From positions 37,014,001 through 37,078,000 of the forward strand of contig OX597834.1 of the NCBI GenBank assembly GCA_951406725.2: a DNA stretch of 64,000 nucleotides, written 5' to 3'. This DNA is from Octopus vulgaris. Taxonomy: Eukaryota. Shown piece after piece: positions 14,401 to 29,027 of the stretch. Position 1 is the stretch's first letter; each line of letters opens with the position of its first letter. A model generated the notes under the pieces. It ran no database searches, was not told where the DNA came from, and saw only the letters and a program-made list of their open reading frames with translations. A program made the translations under genes and the position numbers.

Positions 14401-15127
14401 CTTCAGAACAAACTATTTAAATAATCTAGGTCGCTCTAAATTAAAACATTCATATCAGCTACTTCAATGACCAAAGACATTTTACTCTGTATTATGTTCA
14501 TGTTCACTACCCTAACGCCACCTTCTAGACACTAAATCCAGTTACTTCCATACTTAAGACATTTAAATCCATCAACCCCAATGAGTAAAATATTCAATTC
14601 AAGCTAGTTCTATAGCTGATATATTTAAATCAAAATATGCTGTATATTCAAAGCATACACATCCTGCTGTGCTCACATCCGAGCTACTGAACTACCGTCA
14701 GTTCATTTTCGTTTTTGGTTTGTTTCGTATTTCGTTGTTTTCCATTTGCCGTTTCCCCACCACGAATGCATTAATTGACCCTCTTAACCTTTCTTCTGAT
14801 CAATGAACAACGGCTTAGAGCAAACCACTTGATTGTTTTGTAGTTCCAACACGTCCCAATCAGCATTGCAATAAACCGTGATACTTCATTCAACAAGCCA
14901 ACTTCAACATCAACAACAATATCAACAGCAATTATTGAAAACATACGTTGAGATATATATAAAAAAAAAAGTGATTAAAAATGCAGAAAAAACCCCAACA
15001 ATGAAAGACGTATATTCTTCATTTTGTTCATCGTGTTTCTCTCCTTCCTGCTTGTAGCTTGTTTGAGAGAGGAAATGTAACAGATATTTATTTCAGGTAA
15101 ATAAGATGATTGTCGAGTAAAAGTCAA

Positions 15128-15160
<33 letters not shown>

Positions 15161-15241
15161 CTGTTGTTGTTACTGCAGTAGATATCAAGGAAATTTAAAG
15201 ACGAAATTAGCCGTTAGCAATCAATAGAAAAGAAATATATA

Positions 15242-15310
<69 letters not shown>

Positions 15311-15637
15311 ATATATGTATACACATATATAAAACAAGCATCCTATAAACGCACAGAATGACACGTAGACAAACGCATACACACATAAATGCATGAATAC
15401 ACATACTTACAGATATACAGAAACATCTAAGCATCTCTCTCTTGTACGTATGCGTGTGCGCGTATATATATTTGCCTATACATATGTATGTATATATATA
15501 TATATATATACATTCTTACATCTGCCCACACGTAAATTAACTGAAATGAAATTAAATCAAATGACTAAAAGAGAAGATGAAAATCAAAATCCGAAAATAG
15601 AAGCTGAGAAATGGTGGTTAGCGGGGATGACGCACGA

Positions 15638-15910
15638 CTGACACGCACAAAACCGATACACTACTGACACACTAGTGACACGCCATAGCCACATCCGTGA
15701 CACACCAATGTCACAACACTAACAAACACCGACACACTACAGTTACATCACTGATACGCCACTGTTACACCGCTGATACAGAAATCACATACGGCAGATA
15801 CACAAGTGTTACAACAGTAACAGAACCCTGACTTAGCCCTGTCACATCACTGGCACACTTCTCACACATTAGTGTTTCTGCTTAGTCACACCCCTGACAC
15901 AACAAGACAT
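15638..15910. repeat. Degenerate minisatellite, about 11-bp CACTGACACAC-like unit
   Basis: Repeated CTGACAC/GTGACAC/CTGATAC/GTCACA words at roughly 11-bp spacing. Confidence 0.7.
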
Positions 15911-16512
15911 ATTGGTCGACGCTCTGACAATTTGACAAATTTGTCAAACCGTCGTCTTTGCTTTGCAAATTTACTTGATGGCCCCCAACCCCGAAAAACT
16001 GAACGGTAAGAGGATTCTAGCAGAGTTTGAACTCAGAATAGTGCAATCTAGAATAAACACCACTAGGGATGTTATACGCATTAACAACTCTTAGAGAATG
16101 TTAACAACACATTCTTATACATTCATGTGTTAAATGCACGCAAGCACACACACACTCATTCATACACAAACAAATACTCATACGTACACACATACATGTT
16201 TATATATTTATATATACTGCTGGTAATTATCCGCCTGAATTAAATTCTATAAAGCACACACATACTCATACACACATACATACACTCACTATGTATACAT
16301 ATGATTGTAGTTATGTATTGAAAATACAATCTGTAAGCGGAACACCAAATATATGTGAGACTTTTCTTAAGTTGATAATATGAATATGTTGTGATTTACA
16401 TTGCAACGAAGACGATTTGTATCCCTCTTAGAAACCAGCTGCTTTCTTACAGGAAGAATTCAAATGGTTAAAATTAGAAGAGACCATACATATATGCAAA
16501 TGTATGTGTGTT

Positions 16513-16945
16513 AGGGCGGCGAGCTGGCAGAAACGTTAGCACACCGGATGAAATGCTTAGCGGTATTTCGACTGCCCTTACGTTCTGAGTTCAAATTCCG
16601 CCAAGGTCGACTTTGCCTTTCATCCTTCCTGGGTCGATAAATTAAATACCAGTTACGCACTGAGGTCGATATAATCGACTTAATCCGTTTGTCTGTCCTT
16701 GTTTGTCCCCTCTGTGTTTAGCCCCTTGTAAGTAGTAAAGAAATAGGCATTTCGGCTGCCCTTACGTTCTGAGTTCAAATTCCGCCAAGGTCGAATTTGC
16801 CTTTCATTCTTCCGGGGTCGATAAATTAAATACCAGGTGCGCACTGGGATCGATGTAATCGACTTAATCCCTTTGTCTCTCCTTGTTTGTCTCTCCTTGT
16901 TTGTCCCTTCTATGTTTAGCCCCCTGTGAACAATAAAGAAATATA
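16513..16945 (+). mobile_element. SINE family B (tRNA head plus Meta-domain-like core), core internally duplicated
   Basis: GGCGGCGAGCTGGCAGAAACG...GAGTTCAAATTCC, then GACTTTGCCTTTCATCCTTCCTGGGTCGATAAATTAAATACCAG twice. Confidence 0.85.
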
Positions 16946-17202
16946 CATACATGCAAATATAAATACATAGATACATACATGCATGAATACAAACACGCAT
17001 GAATACAAACACGCATATATAAATTTGTAGTTATATATTTATATATACAATGTGTAAGTGGAGCAATAAAAATATGCAAGTCTTTTCTTAAGTTCAGATG
17101 TGAATTCGTTTTTATCTACTTTTTAATGATAGAGGTCCGTACCTTTGTTTTTCCAGAGGAAGAATTCAAGTAAATAAAACCAGAAGAGAACATACATACA
17201 TA

Positions 17203-17673
17203 CTCTCTTTTTACTCTTTTACTTTTTTCAGTCATTTGACTGCGGCCATGCTGCAGCACCGCGTTTAGTCGAGCAAATCGACCCCAAGACTTATTCTTTG
17301 TAATCCTAGTACTTATTCTATCGGTCTCTTTTGTCGAACCGCAAATGTTACGGGGACGTAAACACACTAGCATCGGTTGTCAAGCGAAGTTAGGGAGGAC
17401 AAACACAGACACACCAACACGCACACACACGCACACACACACAGAGACACACACACATATATATATATACACATATATATATATACACATATATATATAT
17501 ACACATATATGACGGGCTTCTTTCAGTTTCCGTCTATCAAATCCACTCACAAGGTTTTGGTCGGCCTTAGGCTATACTAGAAGACACTTACCCACGGTGC
17601 CACGCAGTGGAACTAAACCCGGAACCATGTGGTTGGTAAGCAAGCTACTTACCACACAGCCACTCCTGCGCCT
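17203..17673 (-). mobile_element. SINE family A, full length
   Basis: Head, CORE-like block, internal CA/TA tract and tail all present. Confidence 0.9.
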
Positions 17674-17880
17674 ATATATATATATTTATATACATATTAG
17701 ATTTGAAACTTTGCAGGACAAAAAATTTTCGGTAGTTTCGGTGGTCGGGTAATGAAACTTTTATATTCAGCAATTAGAAATAAATACATAATACGCTGTC
17801 GAGTTAGTCATAGGCACTAAGTTAATTTTTCCGATTTGTGATGATTTCTAAAAAATTATGCATTCTGAACACTGTATAAG

Positions 17881-17916
17881 CATACATACATACATATACA
17901 TACATACATACATACA

Positions 17917-17948
<32 letters not shown>

Positions 17949-18095
17949 CATACATACATACATACATACATACATACATACATACATACATACATACATA
18001 CATACATACATACATACATACATACATACATACATACACATACATACATACAAACATACATACATACATACATACATATACATACATACATACAT

Positions 18096-18126
<31 letters not shown>

Positions 18127-18190
18127 TACATACATACATACATACATACATACATACATACATACATACATACATACATGCATACATACA
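17881..18190. repeat. (TACA)n microsatellite
   Basis: Direct read; a similar array lies at 37635-38068. Confidence 0.95.
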
Positions 18191-18541
18191 TTTGTATATG
18201 TGTATGTATACACACAGAGAAACACCTGTATGCATGAATTTCTAGCATGTATATATATATATTTGTGTGTGTGTGCGTGACAGGATGAGACAAAGAGAGA
18301 ATATATACTAAATCCAAATTAAACAACAATAATAGAAATAAGAATAAAACGAAATTAAATTAAAATTATTGGAAACAAAGGCAAAGTGTTATTGTGAAGC
18401 AGAATCTAAAACCATTTAATTAAAAAAAAAAGATAAAGAATTAAAACAAAAACTTTTAACAATATAAATCCAAAAATAAATAAATAAATGATATATATAA
18501 AAACGAGTAAATATATATATATATATAAATATATAAAAGTA

Positions 18542-18574
<33 letters not shown>

Positions 18575-18589
18575 AAGGAGTAAAAAAGA

Positions 18590-18627
<38 letters not shown>

Positions 18628-18636
18628 TAAAAAAGA

Positions 18637-18670
<34 letters not shown>

Positions 18671-18787
18671 TCAGATGTAATAAGCAGGAATTGGCATTGA
18701 TCTGGAAGCAACCAGCCAGAGACACATATACACACATATACATACATACAGAGAGATAGATATATAGATACATACATACATACTTAC

Positions 18788-18840
<53 letters not shown>

Positions 18841-19466
18841 CATACGTGCATACATATATATTGGATTTAATTTATTTTTCATTGAATTTTTTTAAATTCC
18901 TTTTTTCTTTTGCTCATAGCACTTTTTTTTCGCAACTTAAGTCAGGACGAGCTGTTTTCTGATGAGGTAAATTTGTCCGACAATCAAATTCGTTCGAGAA
19001 AAGCAAAAAAATAAAAAATAAAAATAAAAAAAAATAAGAGAGAGAGATAGAGAGACAAAGAGAAATTATGGGAGGAAAAAAGATGAATGATTAAGAAAAG
19101 AAAATTACAAAAATAAAATTATATTATACAATCTAGAAATAAAAGTAAAATCAAATTAAATAATAATAGCACGAAAAGGAAATAAGTGTAAAATAAAATT
19201 GAATTAAAATAAAATAGTTTGAAATAAAGAAAAATGAATAAAATTTAATTAGATGAAAACAAAAGGGTGTAAAAATATAAAAAGAACGATTAAAAAGTAG
19301 AATAAAAAGAAGCAATATAATACTCTAATGATGCTTCGGGCCTATAATTTAAGGCCGTTCTAGCCGTGACCATCTTATCGAATAATGTAGATTCCCCCTC
19401 CCAACCGAAATCATTCAGTTTTAAAAGAATAAACTGAAATAAGTTTAATCAATTATTAAAGGCCGC

Positions 19467-19850
19467 ATCATCATCGCCGTCGTGGCACTCCGTCGGTTGC
19501 GACGACGAGGGCTCCGGTGGATCCGATCAACGGATCAGTCTGTTCGTGAAATCAACGTGCAAGTGGCTGAGCACTCCACAGACACGTGTACCCATCATAT
19601 AGTTCTCGGGGGAGACTCAGCGTGACACAGAGCGTGACAAGGCTGGCCCCTTTGAAATACAGGTACAACAGAAGCAAGAAGAATGGGTGAGACAAAGTTG
19701 TGGTGAAGGAGTACAGCAGGGTTCGCCACCACAACCTACCGGAGCTTTAGGTGTTTTCGGCCAATAAACACTCACAACGCCCGGTCTGGGAATCGAAACC
19801 GCGACCCTAGGACCGTGAGTCCGCTGCCCTAACCCTAACATCCACGCTAC
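19467..19850 (-). mobile_element. tRNA-derived SINE (family D)
   Basis: Minus-strand head GTTAGGGCAGCGGACTCACGGTCCTAGGGTCGCGGTTTCGATTCCCAGACCGGGCG; GC-rich body; (GAT)n tail. Confidence 0.7.
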
Positions 19851-19947
19851 ATTATATATTGCTGTTCTATGTTTTAGAGATGAAGAATCCTGTAAATTAT
19901 TTGCATTATTTACATTAGACGGATGTGTCCTCATCTTGTTTGTTGTT

Positions 19948-19993
19948 ACCACTACGTTTCGGCTGATTTATTCTCCAGCCTTCATCAGATGAC
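19948..19993 (-). ncRNA. Minimal type I hammerhead ribozyme (Penelope-pLTR type) within a repeat at about 19865-20015
   Basis: GUCAU-CUGAUGA-A-GGCUG(gagaauaaau)CAGCC-GAAAC-GUA-GUGGU; stem III has no loop (needs a dimer); stem I is weak. Confidence 0.6.
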
Positions 19994-21451
19994 CTGGTAG
20001 AATTTTGAACCCAAAATTTGTTGTAATAAGTAAGTTATATAAATCTGTGATATTCTGAAATGTTTTAACTAAGGAAGATCTTGCTTAATAGATGCATTTC
20101 TTTGATATACCACGAAAACTTGAAACGTACGTATTAAATGGTTTCAAAATATCACTTTTTGGTTTGAGATCAATATCATGATTGATTCAACTCGATGCTA
20201 GTAGAAACTAGCCGGCCAGAGTCCACTCACGAGGATATTCTAACAAAGATTTGGGATAGTTTGTTATATTTGGCTCGTGTCGAAAATTCTAGTACCGTGC
20301 ATCGTTTGAAAGTGTAAAATGAAATATGTACGGCTCTCTCTCCCTCTCTCTCTCTCTTCCCCTCTTTCCCCCTCCCTCTCTCTCTGTACACACACACGTA
20401 CACATACACACAACAGAACGCACACAAATATAATACACACACATATAAAGTACAAAGGCGAAGACTTTATAGTATGAAAGTTCGCTTTGCAACTCCGTGT
20501 TTTCAATGCCATTAAGTGGCATCTTGGGTCGACCTTGTAGATGGAATTTAGTGTCTTTGGTAATATATCTTCTTGATTAAGGATGACCTGGGGCCACACA
20601 ACATCAGCGTCAACAACAACAGCAACAGAACTAACAATATACTCCTACGCTGATGAAACGATCAATCACTACTCCTTTCATGTAGCAACCACAATGGCGT
20701 GTTTGACAGATTAAAGAAGAAAGTTATCCAAACGTAACCTAGAATTTGCACGCCTGAACAGCAATATTTCCGTTAATTCATTTCTGTGGAATTACCATTC
20801 CTTAACTCGCAGACCCTCAAACAGCCTGTAAATCAACGACATCAATATCACGAATCTAGATGAGGTAGCAAAGAGGTTACAAATACGTTTCTCTGTTCCT
20901 TTTACTATTTAATTAAAATAAAATAAAATAAACAAACTGAGATGTCTTCCATTTTGTTTTGGTGTCAGATACCAAAATATTGAATCGAAATATCGCTATA
21001 TTCATATATTCATAATAGAATATCTGTATGACCAAATATTTACTATATTGGCAGGGGTAGGATATAGTATGGCACTCGACGCGAGATATAATATTTTCTA
21101 TTGATGTTATAGGGCGGTTTGATATTATTTTTTTCACATGATAAACGATATTCAACCCTCTGTCTTCTGGCTAAACACCTTGTTATAGAGAAGAACGTTT
21201 CCATTTTGATTTTGTTTATTTGGTTTTTGTAATTGCAAAAATGGCCATCACTTTACAAGGCTCTGTCTATATGGGTGTAAATGTGTAAGCTTGTGTGTGT
21301 GAATATTTGTATGTGTATGTAAGTGTGCGTTTGAATATTCGTCCGTATGTGTACGTGAGAGCAAGTGTCTATGTGTGCGTGATAATCGATATAAATTTGT
21401 TTTTTTCTTTGATTTTTGATATCATAAATATTAATGTAACCATATGGTAAC

Positions 21452-21499
<48 letters not shown>

Positions 21500-22248
21500 T
21501 GTATATACACACACAAACACACAAACTCACACACATGCATATACACATATTTTTATGCATATACAAGGTTATATGCAGACACATGCAAATATGCATATAT
21601 AAGTACATAAATGCATGAAAATTTGTGTGACTATATATGTGTTTGCGCGTTTGTGTGTCTATATACATACATATACATATTCAAATATGTGTAAATATAA
21701 CACAATACATACATATGTACATTTATGTATTTACATATGTATCACTTTACGTAAATATTTGTATAACAATCCCGTTCATACAACATATAATATCGTTTCA
21801 ATGCAAGTGAATACAAGGAATTAATGTAGCTTAAGCGAAAAAAAACTCGATGCTAAATTGTAGACACTAATATTTTTATTAAATAACTGGATTATCTTTC
21901 AGTAACACTACAACTATTAGTTTCACCTTCCGCCTTATCTCAGGTAGTGATACAAGCCGCCTATACATATCGACTGTTCATAACCACAGCGTGGCTATGA
22001 ATAAATATGCATGACGACGCTGTATGCGATATGCTTAATAAACCAATATTTAATGTTTCTGTGAAAATAGAACTCATTGATAAACCACAGTAATATTGGG
22101 AATTGCAAGTGAAGATCAAATGACTAGTTTCGGATCTCATTAGTGACAGTGTCATTTATCTCTCTATAATACACATATATAGTATTCAAGTACTATTTTC
22201 TCCACCTTGTTTTGCACATGTGCTCACATGTGTGTGTGTGTGGTGGGG

Positions 22249-22285
<37 letters not shown>

Positions 22286-22295
22286 AGATAGATAG

Positions 22296-22331
<36 letters not shown>

Positions 22332-22333
<2 letters not shown>

Positions 22334-22536
22334 AGGTGCGTGGTTTAGTGGTTAGGGTGTCAGCATCATGATCGTAAGATTGTGGTTTCGATTCCTGGAC
22401 CGGGCGACGCGTTGTGTTCTTGAGCAAAACACTTCATTTCACATTGTTCCAGTCCACTCAGCTGGCGAAAATGAGTAACGCCGCGATGGACTGGCGTCCC
22501 GTCCAGCTGGGGAACACATACGCCACTGAAACCGGG
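22332..22536 (+). mobile_element. SINE family C (tRNA head, CORE-like block, V-domain-like GCGATGGACTGGCGTCCCGTCCAG)
   Basis: A box TGGTTTAGTGG, B box GGTTTCGATTCC, then TTGAGCAAAACACTTC. Confidence 0.75.
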
Positions 22537-22550
22537 CGCAACTATTTTAT

Positions 22551-22610
<60 letters not shown>

Positions 22611-22917
22611 GAGGAGATATGAAGAGTTTCCGTCGGGATATTTCAAACTAATAGGCATGCGGTCTGAGTGCTCAAATGGGTATGCCACTAAAATTCGAGT
22701 TTGACCAGCAGTTGAAGTCGTGGCTATGTGATTGCCTTGTTCAAAACGGATACTGGTAGCTTCCCTTTGAGCCAGTAGGTGTAGGTTAAAGTCGTGAGGA
22801 AAGGCAAACAATTAGGCAGGGCATGACAAGGACATTTAATTTCATTTAATTCAATCTGCATCTAGTTACGTAACGAATGGTAAAAAGCAGTAACCCCCCC
22901 ACACACACATATATATA

Positions 22918-23256
22918 TACAAGAGTTTAGGAATGGAGTAGATAAGATCCAGGCTACATATGTTTTATAGCGAACCGAACCTCAGAAGTGGTAAATATCC
23001 AAGCGAGGTGTAAATACGCAGGCTACTCGTCAGGTCTAAATTATCGTGATTGAATCAAAGTTTACATTGTCGCAAGGAGGTACATAATCGATTCTTCCAT
23101 GTGTTAACAAGTACCTCCTTGCGACACTGTAATCTTTCGTTCAATCAAGATACCCTTTGCCTGAAGAGTAGCCTGCGGTACACACTTCTGAGGTTCCACT
23201 CTCTATGAAGCAAATGTAGCCCGGATCATATCTCCTCCATTCCTTAACTCTTGTAT
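22918..23256. repeat. About 340-bp imperfect fold-back element
   Basis: TACAAGAGTTTAGGAATGGAG...TGTCGCAAGGAGGTAC [about 27-nt loop] GTACCTCCTTGCGACA...CTCCATTCCTTAACTCTTGTA. Confidence 0.9.
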
Positions 23257-23629
23257 TCTTAATCGCATTCTTGGCAACCGTGGTCGCACACTGTGAAATA
23301 TAAAAAGAATTTTCTTCAGTTTTTCGTACTTCGATGCGAAAAGAAATCTACAACCTTCCGTCTCAGTAAACCACTATTGTCCTTGAAAGTTGTTTTTTTT
23401 TTTCTTTTATATATTTACTACGGATTGCTTGAAACTAACTTTCTTCCTACAGTTCGATCCTTGAATTTCATATTGGTGTGTGTGTGCATGTGTGTGTATG
23501 TATGTGTTACATATGTATTTATATGTGTGGCTTTATGTAAGTATGCATCCATGTTTGTATGTATATGCATGTATGAATATGTGTGTGTGTGTGCACGAGT
23601 CCACTCGCTTAAGAACTACTCCTACTGCT

Positions 23630-23803
23630 GATGATGATTATGATGATGCTACTTCTACTACTACTGCTACCGTTAATACTACAACTACTACTACTGCTGC
23701 TACTGCTGTTGATACTACTACTATTAATACCACTGCTGCTGCTATTACCACCACCACCACTACTAATACTACTACCACCACCACCACCACCACCACCACC
23801 ACC

Positions 23804-23844
<41 letters not shown>

Positions 23845-24485
23845 AACAACAACTAGTGTTTCTGCAGTTGTTGCTACTGCTGTTGGTGCTGCAGTTGATG
23901 TTACTGCTTGTAGAGAATCGAATGAATTGAAAGCAGCTGTATCACACGAAGTGACAATGAAAGGTGATGGTGAGCTGTCTCTTGGGAGTAGATTTAGCAG
24001 CAGTTAAGAACAATTTCGACGAAAAGAAGGAAAGAGGTGGAGAAAAGAAGAAGAAAGAAAGAACGAAGCAGGTAGACAGAAAGAAAAAAATGAAAGAAAG
24101 AATAAAAGAAAGAAAAAAACAAAGAAAGGAAGACATAAGAAGAAAAAAGGACAAAAGAAGAAAAGAGGATAAAGAAGAAAGTGAAAAGGAGAAGAATAGA
24201 AGAAGAAGAAGAAGAAGAAGAAGAAGAAGAAGAAGAAGAAGAAGAAGAAGAAGAAGAAGAAGAAGAAGAAGAAGAAGAATGAACGAAAGAAAAAAGGGAG
24301 GAAAGGGAGAAGAAAAGAATAAAGAATAAATACGGAAGAGAGAAAGAAAGACAAAAGAAGAAAATAAGATAAAGGAGATAAAACGGGAAGAAGAAGAAGA
24401 AGAAGAAGAAGAAGAAGAAGAAGAAGAAGAAGAAGAAGAAGAAGAAGAAGAAGAAGAAGAAGAAAACGATGATGATGATGATGAA
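23630..24485. repeat. Compound trinucleotide/low-complexity block ((CTA)n, (CCA)n, (GAA)n)
   Basis: Direct read. Confidence 0.9.
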
Positions 24486-26209
24486 AAGTCATTGCGGGCG
24501 AGATTTGTCAACGAGATGAGAATCAAGTTGAATGTTTCAACACGTGTTAGAGATCGTCTGCAGAAACAGGAATATGCATTGGTAATCGATAGGACATTAC
24601 CAAAACCGTAAATAGACTAACTGCTGCTGCTGCTGCTGCTACTACTACTACTTGAGCGTTAATCAAAGAATCTGAACGGCACCGCGTTGTATTGATCACG
24701 AACAAGATTTGGTTAAAGACTTAACTCTCATTATCATTGCAAAGATAAAGAAAAGCGAAGGTAAACGAAAGCAAAAAATTAAAACAACAAAATCAAGAAG
24801 AAGAAGAACAACAACAACAATCATGACTAGAAAGAGAGCAACAACGACAACAACAAGAGCGACGACAACAACAAGATCGGCAAAAACAGCAGCAGCAACA
24901 ACAATAACCGAAACAGCTGCAACGACAAACGAGAAAGCACTGTACATGGTCGATTGACTTCTAAGAAATAGCGACCAGATTTTCATGGGGGGCCTGGGGT
25001 GGGATGTGTGGTTAACTATTGAATATGCTTCCGGATTCGATCTCACAACGGAGGTCTTTGGGCAAGTGTTTTCTATTATAGTTTCGCGCCGACAAATGAC
25101 CTGTGAAGGAAAATTGAATAAATGAAAACCGCTTGGAATCGTTTGTATGTGTGTATGTGTGCAGTTGTATGTATGTATGTGTTTGTGTGTGTGTATGTAT
25201 GTACATATGCATGCGTGTGTATTATGTATGTATGTGTATGTATGCATCTATGCATGTATGTATGTATGTGTAAGTATGAATGATTGTGTGCGTGTATGTA
25301 TATATATGTTGGGTATGTATGTATCTATACATGCATGTATGTTTATGTTTGTATGTATGTATGTATGTATGCATGTATCTATGTATGCATGTATGCATGT
25401 ATGTATGTATGTGTTTGTGTGAGTGTATTCATGTATATTTGTATGCATGTCTGTGTTTGTGTGTTTGTATATATGTATGTCTGTGTGTCAATATTTATGT
25501 GTGTGTGTGTGTGTGTGTGTGTATTTCTTTTTCTCTTTTTATTTTAGAGTAAATTTTGACCGGCCCCCGGCCAAATAGCAAGGATGTAAAGGAAATCATC
25601 TTATTTTGATTATCATCCTTGAAATCTTATGAAAGCCTTGCAGCTTATTATTGACCCAGGTAACGTGATCATTTGTATCGTATGAATTAAGGAGTCACCT
25701 TTCTCTCTCTCTCTCACCAAAAATCCAAGTTCAGTCAAGCTCTGCTCCACGCGGATTAGTATATCTCGTGTAGAGTCAATAATAATAATAATAATAATAG
25801 TTTCAATTTTTGCCACAAGGACAGCAATTTGAGGGGAGGTGACAAGTGGATAACACTCACTCACACACACCCACACGTTTCTCATTGCATCGCACACATG
25901 TAGCATAGCAGGGAAGGAATGAGGACGGAGGTCTGCCCCGAGTTGTCTTCAAGTTGCCCACAAACCGTACAGGTTTAAGGGTCCAATTATGAAACTATGT
26001 ATGCTGTTCGCTGCTGTTTGTTGCCAATAAATAAATGTCGATTTCTCCACTGCATTGTTTAACCCCCAGGGGCCCTTAATGATGTTTGAACGGCCCTAAT
26101 AATATCTATTACTAACATCATTTAACCACACATACCTTATCCTATTCCATAAACTTTACTTTGATTTCTCATTAATATAGAGGGAGGTTTACCAATAAAT
26201 TTGTATGGT

Positions 26210-26622
26210 AAGGCAGCGAGCTGGCAGAATCGTTAGCACGCCGGGCGAAATGCTTACGTTCTGAGTTCAAATTCTGCCGAGGTCAACTTCGCTTTCCGTC
26301 CTTTTGGGGGTCGATAAATTAAGTACCAGTTACGCATTGGGGTCGATGTAATCGACTTAATCCCTTTGTCTGTTCTTGTTTGTCCCCTCTATATTTAGCC
26401 CCTTTTGGGCAATAAAGAAATAAGAATCGTTAGAACGCCGGATGAAAATGCTTAACGGCGTTTAGTACATATATATATACGTTCTGAGTTCAAATTCTAC
26501 CTAGGTCTACTTTGTCTTTCATCCTTTCGAGTGTTGATAAAGTAAGTACCAGTTGAACACTGGTAGATGTGATCGACTTATCTCTTCCCCCAGACATGCT
26601 GGCCTTTTGTCAAAATTATTAA

Positions 26623-26691
<69 letters not shown>

Positions 26692-26910
26692 GGCGGCAAA
26701 CTGGCTGTACCGTTAGCACACCGGACAAAATGCTTAGGAATATTTCGTCCGTCTTTGCTTTCTTATTTCATATTCCACCAAGGTCGACTTTGCCTTCCTT
26801 CCATTCAGAATCAGTAAAGCAAATATCAGCTAAGAACTGGAGACGATGTAATCAACTTACCCCCAACCCCACCGCCCCCGAAATTGCTGGCCTTGTGCTA
26901 AAATTTGAAG
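26210..26910 (+). mobile_element. Cluster of SINE family B copies around a (TTA)n tract
   Basis: Heads at 26210, about 26425 (partial) and 26690 with the same core. Confidence 0.8.
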
Positions 26911-27476
26911 TCAATATATTAAATCTTCGGTGTCTGTCAGTTTTTTTCTGAATCGCAGGATTAAACAGACAACTTCCTCTAACATCATTCAAAAGCTTCA
27001 TTGTATTGACACAGTATTAATTACATGTCGAGTCGTCTGTGAAATCGTAGCATTATGAGCTGTCTGTCATATTTGTCAATCACAAGCTATGTTTACTTCT
27101 TAACGAGTGGTGGTGGGCTTCAGTCACAATCAGTCAGTTTGCAAGAGTGTAACGGTGAGTGAAACACACCGGTTCGAATCTCACCCTAATCCACCGTAAC
27201 AGTTGTCTTGGGATAAAAACTTCATAGCAAAATTCAATGCATATACTCTCCTTTACTCTTTTACTGCTCTACGTGGAGATGTGTTGCAAGCATGTACGCC
27301 ACAACATCCCAAGCTCCCAGTTATATCACAGAGAAAGAAAATGACAAAGGGAAGCCTTTCCACATGGTTGCTGTTGCTTGGCCTGCGGGAAATAGTAACC
27401 GAAATCTCCCTCAAAATCAAACCCTACCATCTTATAAAAAAGAAAATCAGGAACTAAGAGCCTATTAAATGTTTCT

Positions 27477-27522
<46 letters not shown>

Positions 27523-27546
27523 GCTGCTGCTACTGCTGCTGCTGCG

Positions 27547-27588
<42 letters not shown>

Positions 27589-27824
27589 GCTGCTACTGCT
27601 GCTGCTGCGACTACTACTACTACTGCTGCTGCTACTACTACTACTACTACTACTACTGCTGCTACTGCTGCTGCTGCGACTACAACAACCACCACTGCAT
27701 TATTTTGACATCTGATTGAACTGTCAGCCTCTTCACTAATTAAACTTCACCCAGTAATCAGATCGAGAAATGTGTTGAGGCTTATACCGCAAAACTCTGA
27801 TCTGCCGCATGTGCTAGGATCGGT

Positions 27825-27908
<84 letters not shown>

Positions 27909-28094
27909 ACCTCACTACACCCAACCCCACCATAACCAGCACCCCGCACACCCACAGCCACAAATACAGATACACAGATACACAGATACACGGACACAGA
28001 CACACGCACACACATTTATTCATGTGTGTACATATGTTTGTGTGTGTCTGCGTAGATGTATATGTGTAGATGTATGTATATGTGTGTTTGTTTA

Positions 28095-28126
<32 letters not shown>

Positions 28127-28276
28127 GGTGTGTATATAAGTGTTTGTTTCCTTTCCGTGTTTCTGCTGTGTTTTATTGTTGCTGTTTGTGTGTAAACATT
28201 GGTTATTTAATCCTGAAAGGCATTGAATAGAATGTAATTGATATTGGTCACTTGGGATAGGAATGACATTCCCCTC

Positions 28277-28318
<42 letters not shown>

Positions 28319-28566
28319 ATGATAATAATAATAATAATAATAGTAAATAATAACAGTTATACATAAATTTGTCACATGAGCGGCTCATTCAGATCAAACA
28401 GTCACAATTTCGTTGATTAAAAACAAATAAACAAAAGAAAATACAAATCTGAGTCTAGGTTTCGTATTGAGTACAATATCAGGTAAAGGGTTAATCAACG
28501 GCCAACATGGCGCCGTGTTTGGTAAACACATACCTGTTTCTAAATACACGAATATTTATGTAAATA

Positions 28567-28608
<42 letters not shown>

Positions 28609-28949
28609 CGTGTTTATGCATTGCTATATGTATATGTGTGTGTGTGTATGTGATATTCATCGCCCCTTTATCTAATCATCACACTGACCGACCTATCAAT
28701 CAAAACAACCAACAGATTGTATATCCATAGAAATCGCCTCCTCTTCCTCCCCTCCTCCTCCGTCTCCCCCCCCCCAACCTCCGCGGTGTTAAATCTCTAC
28801 AACGTAAATAATCCGCTTCTGATTGCATTTGTTCTTCAAAATTGGATTCTTATGCAAATAACCGAAACACTACATGTCTACTGATTTATTGATGTTTATC
28901 AACCAATTCTTCAAACCACTTCTCTATCTTTTCCCTAATTTTTATTATG

Positions 28950-29026
<77 letters not shown>

Positions 29027-29027
<1 letters not shown>

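Noticed and set aside
15638-15910. Short repeats with variable intervening bases resembling a CRISPR array
   Set aside because: Eukaryotic degenerate 11-bp minisatellite; no constant repeat with unique spacers and no cas genes.
20636-20665. CTGATGA at about 20650 as a hammerhead core
   Set aside because: No stem II before GAAA; it reads better as IYSYADET, a decayed RT YADD motif, itself too short to call.
22332-22405. tRNA-like sequences (also at 7790, 19840, 47389 and the A/B SINE heads)
   Set aside because: A/B boxes run into SINE bodies; no proper acceptor stem or poly-T terminator, so not called as tRNA genes.
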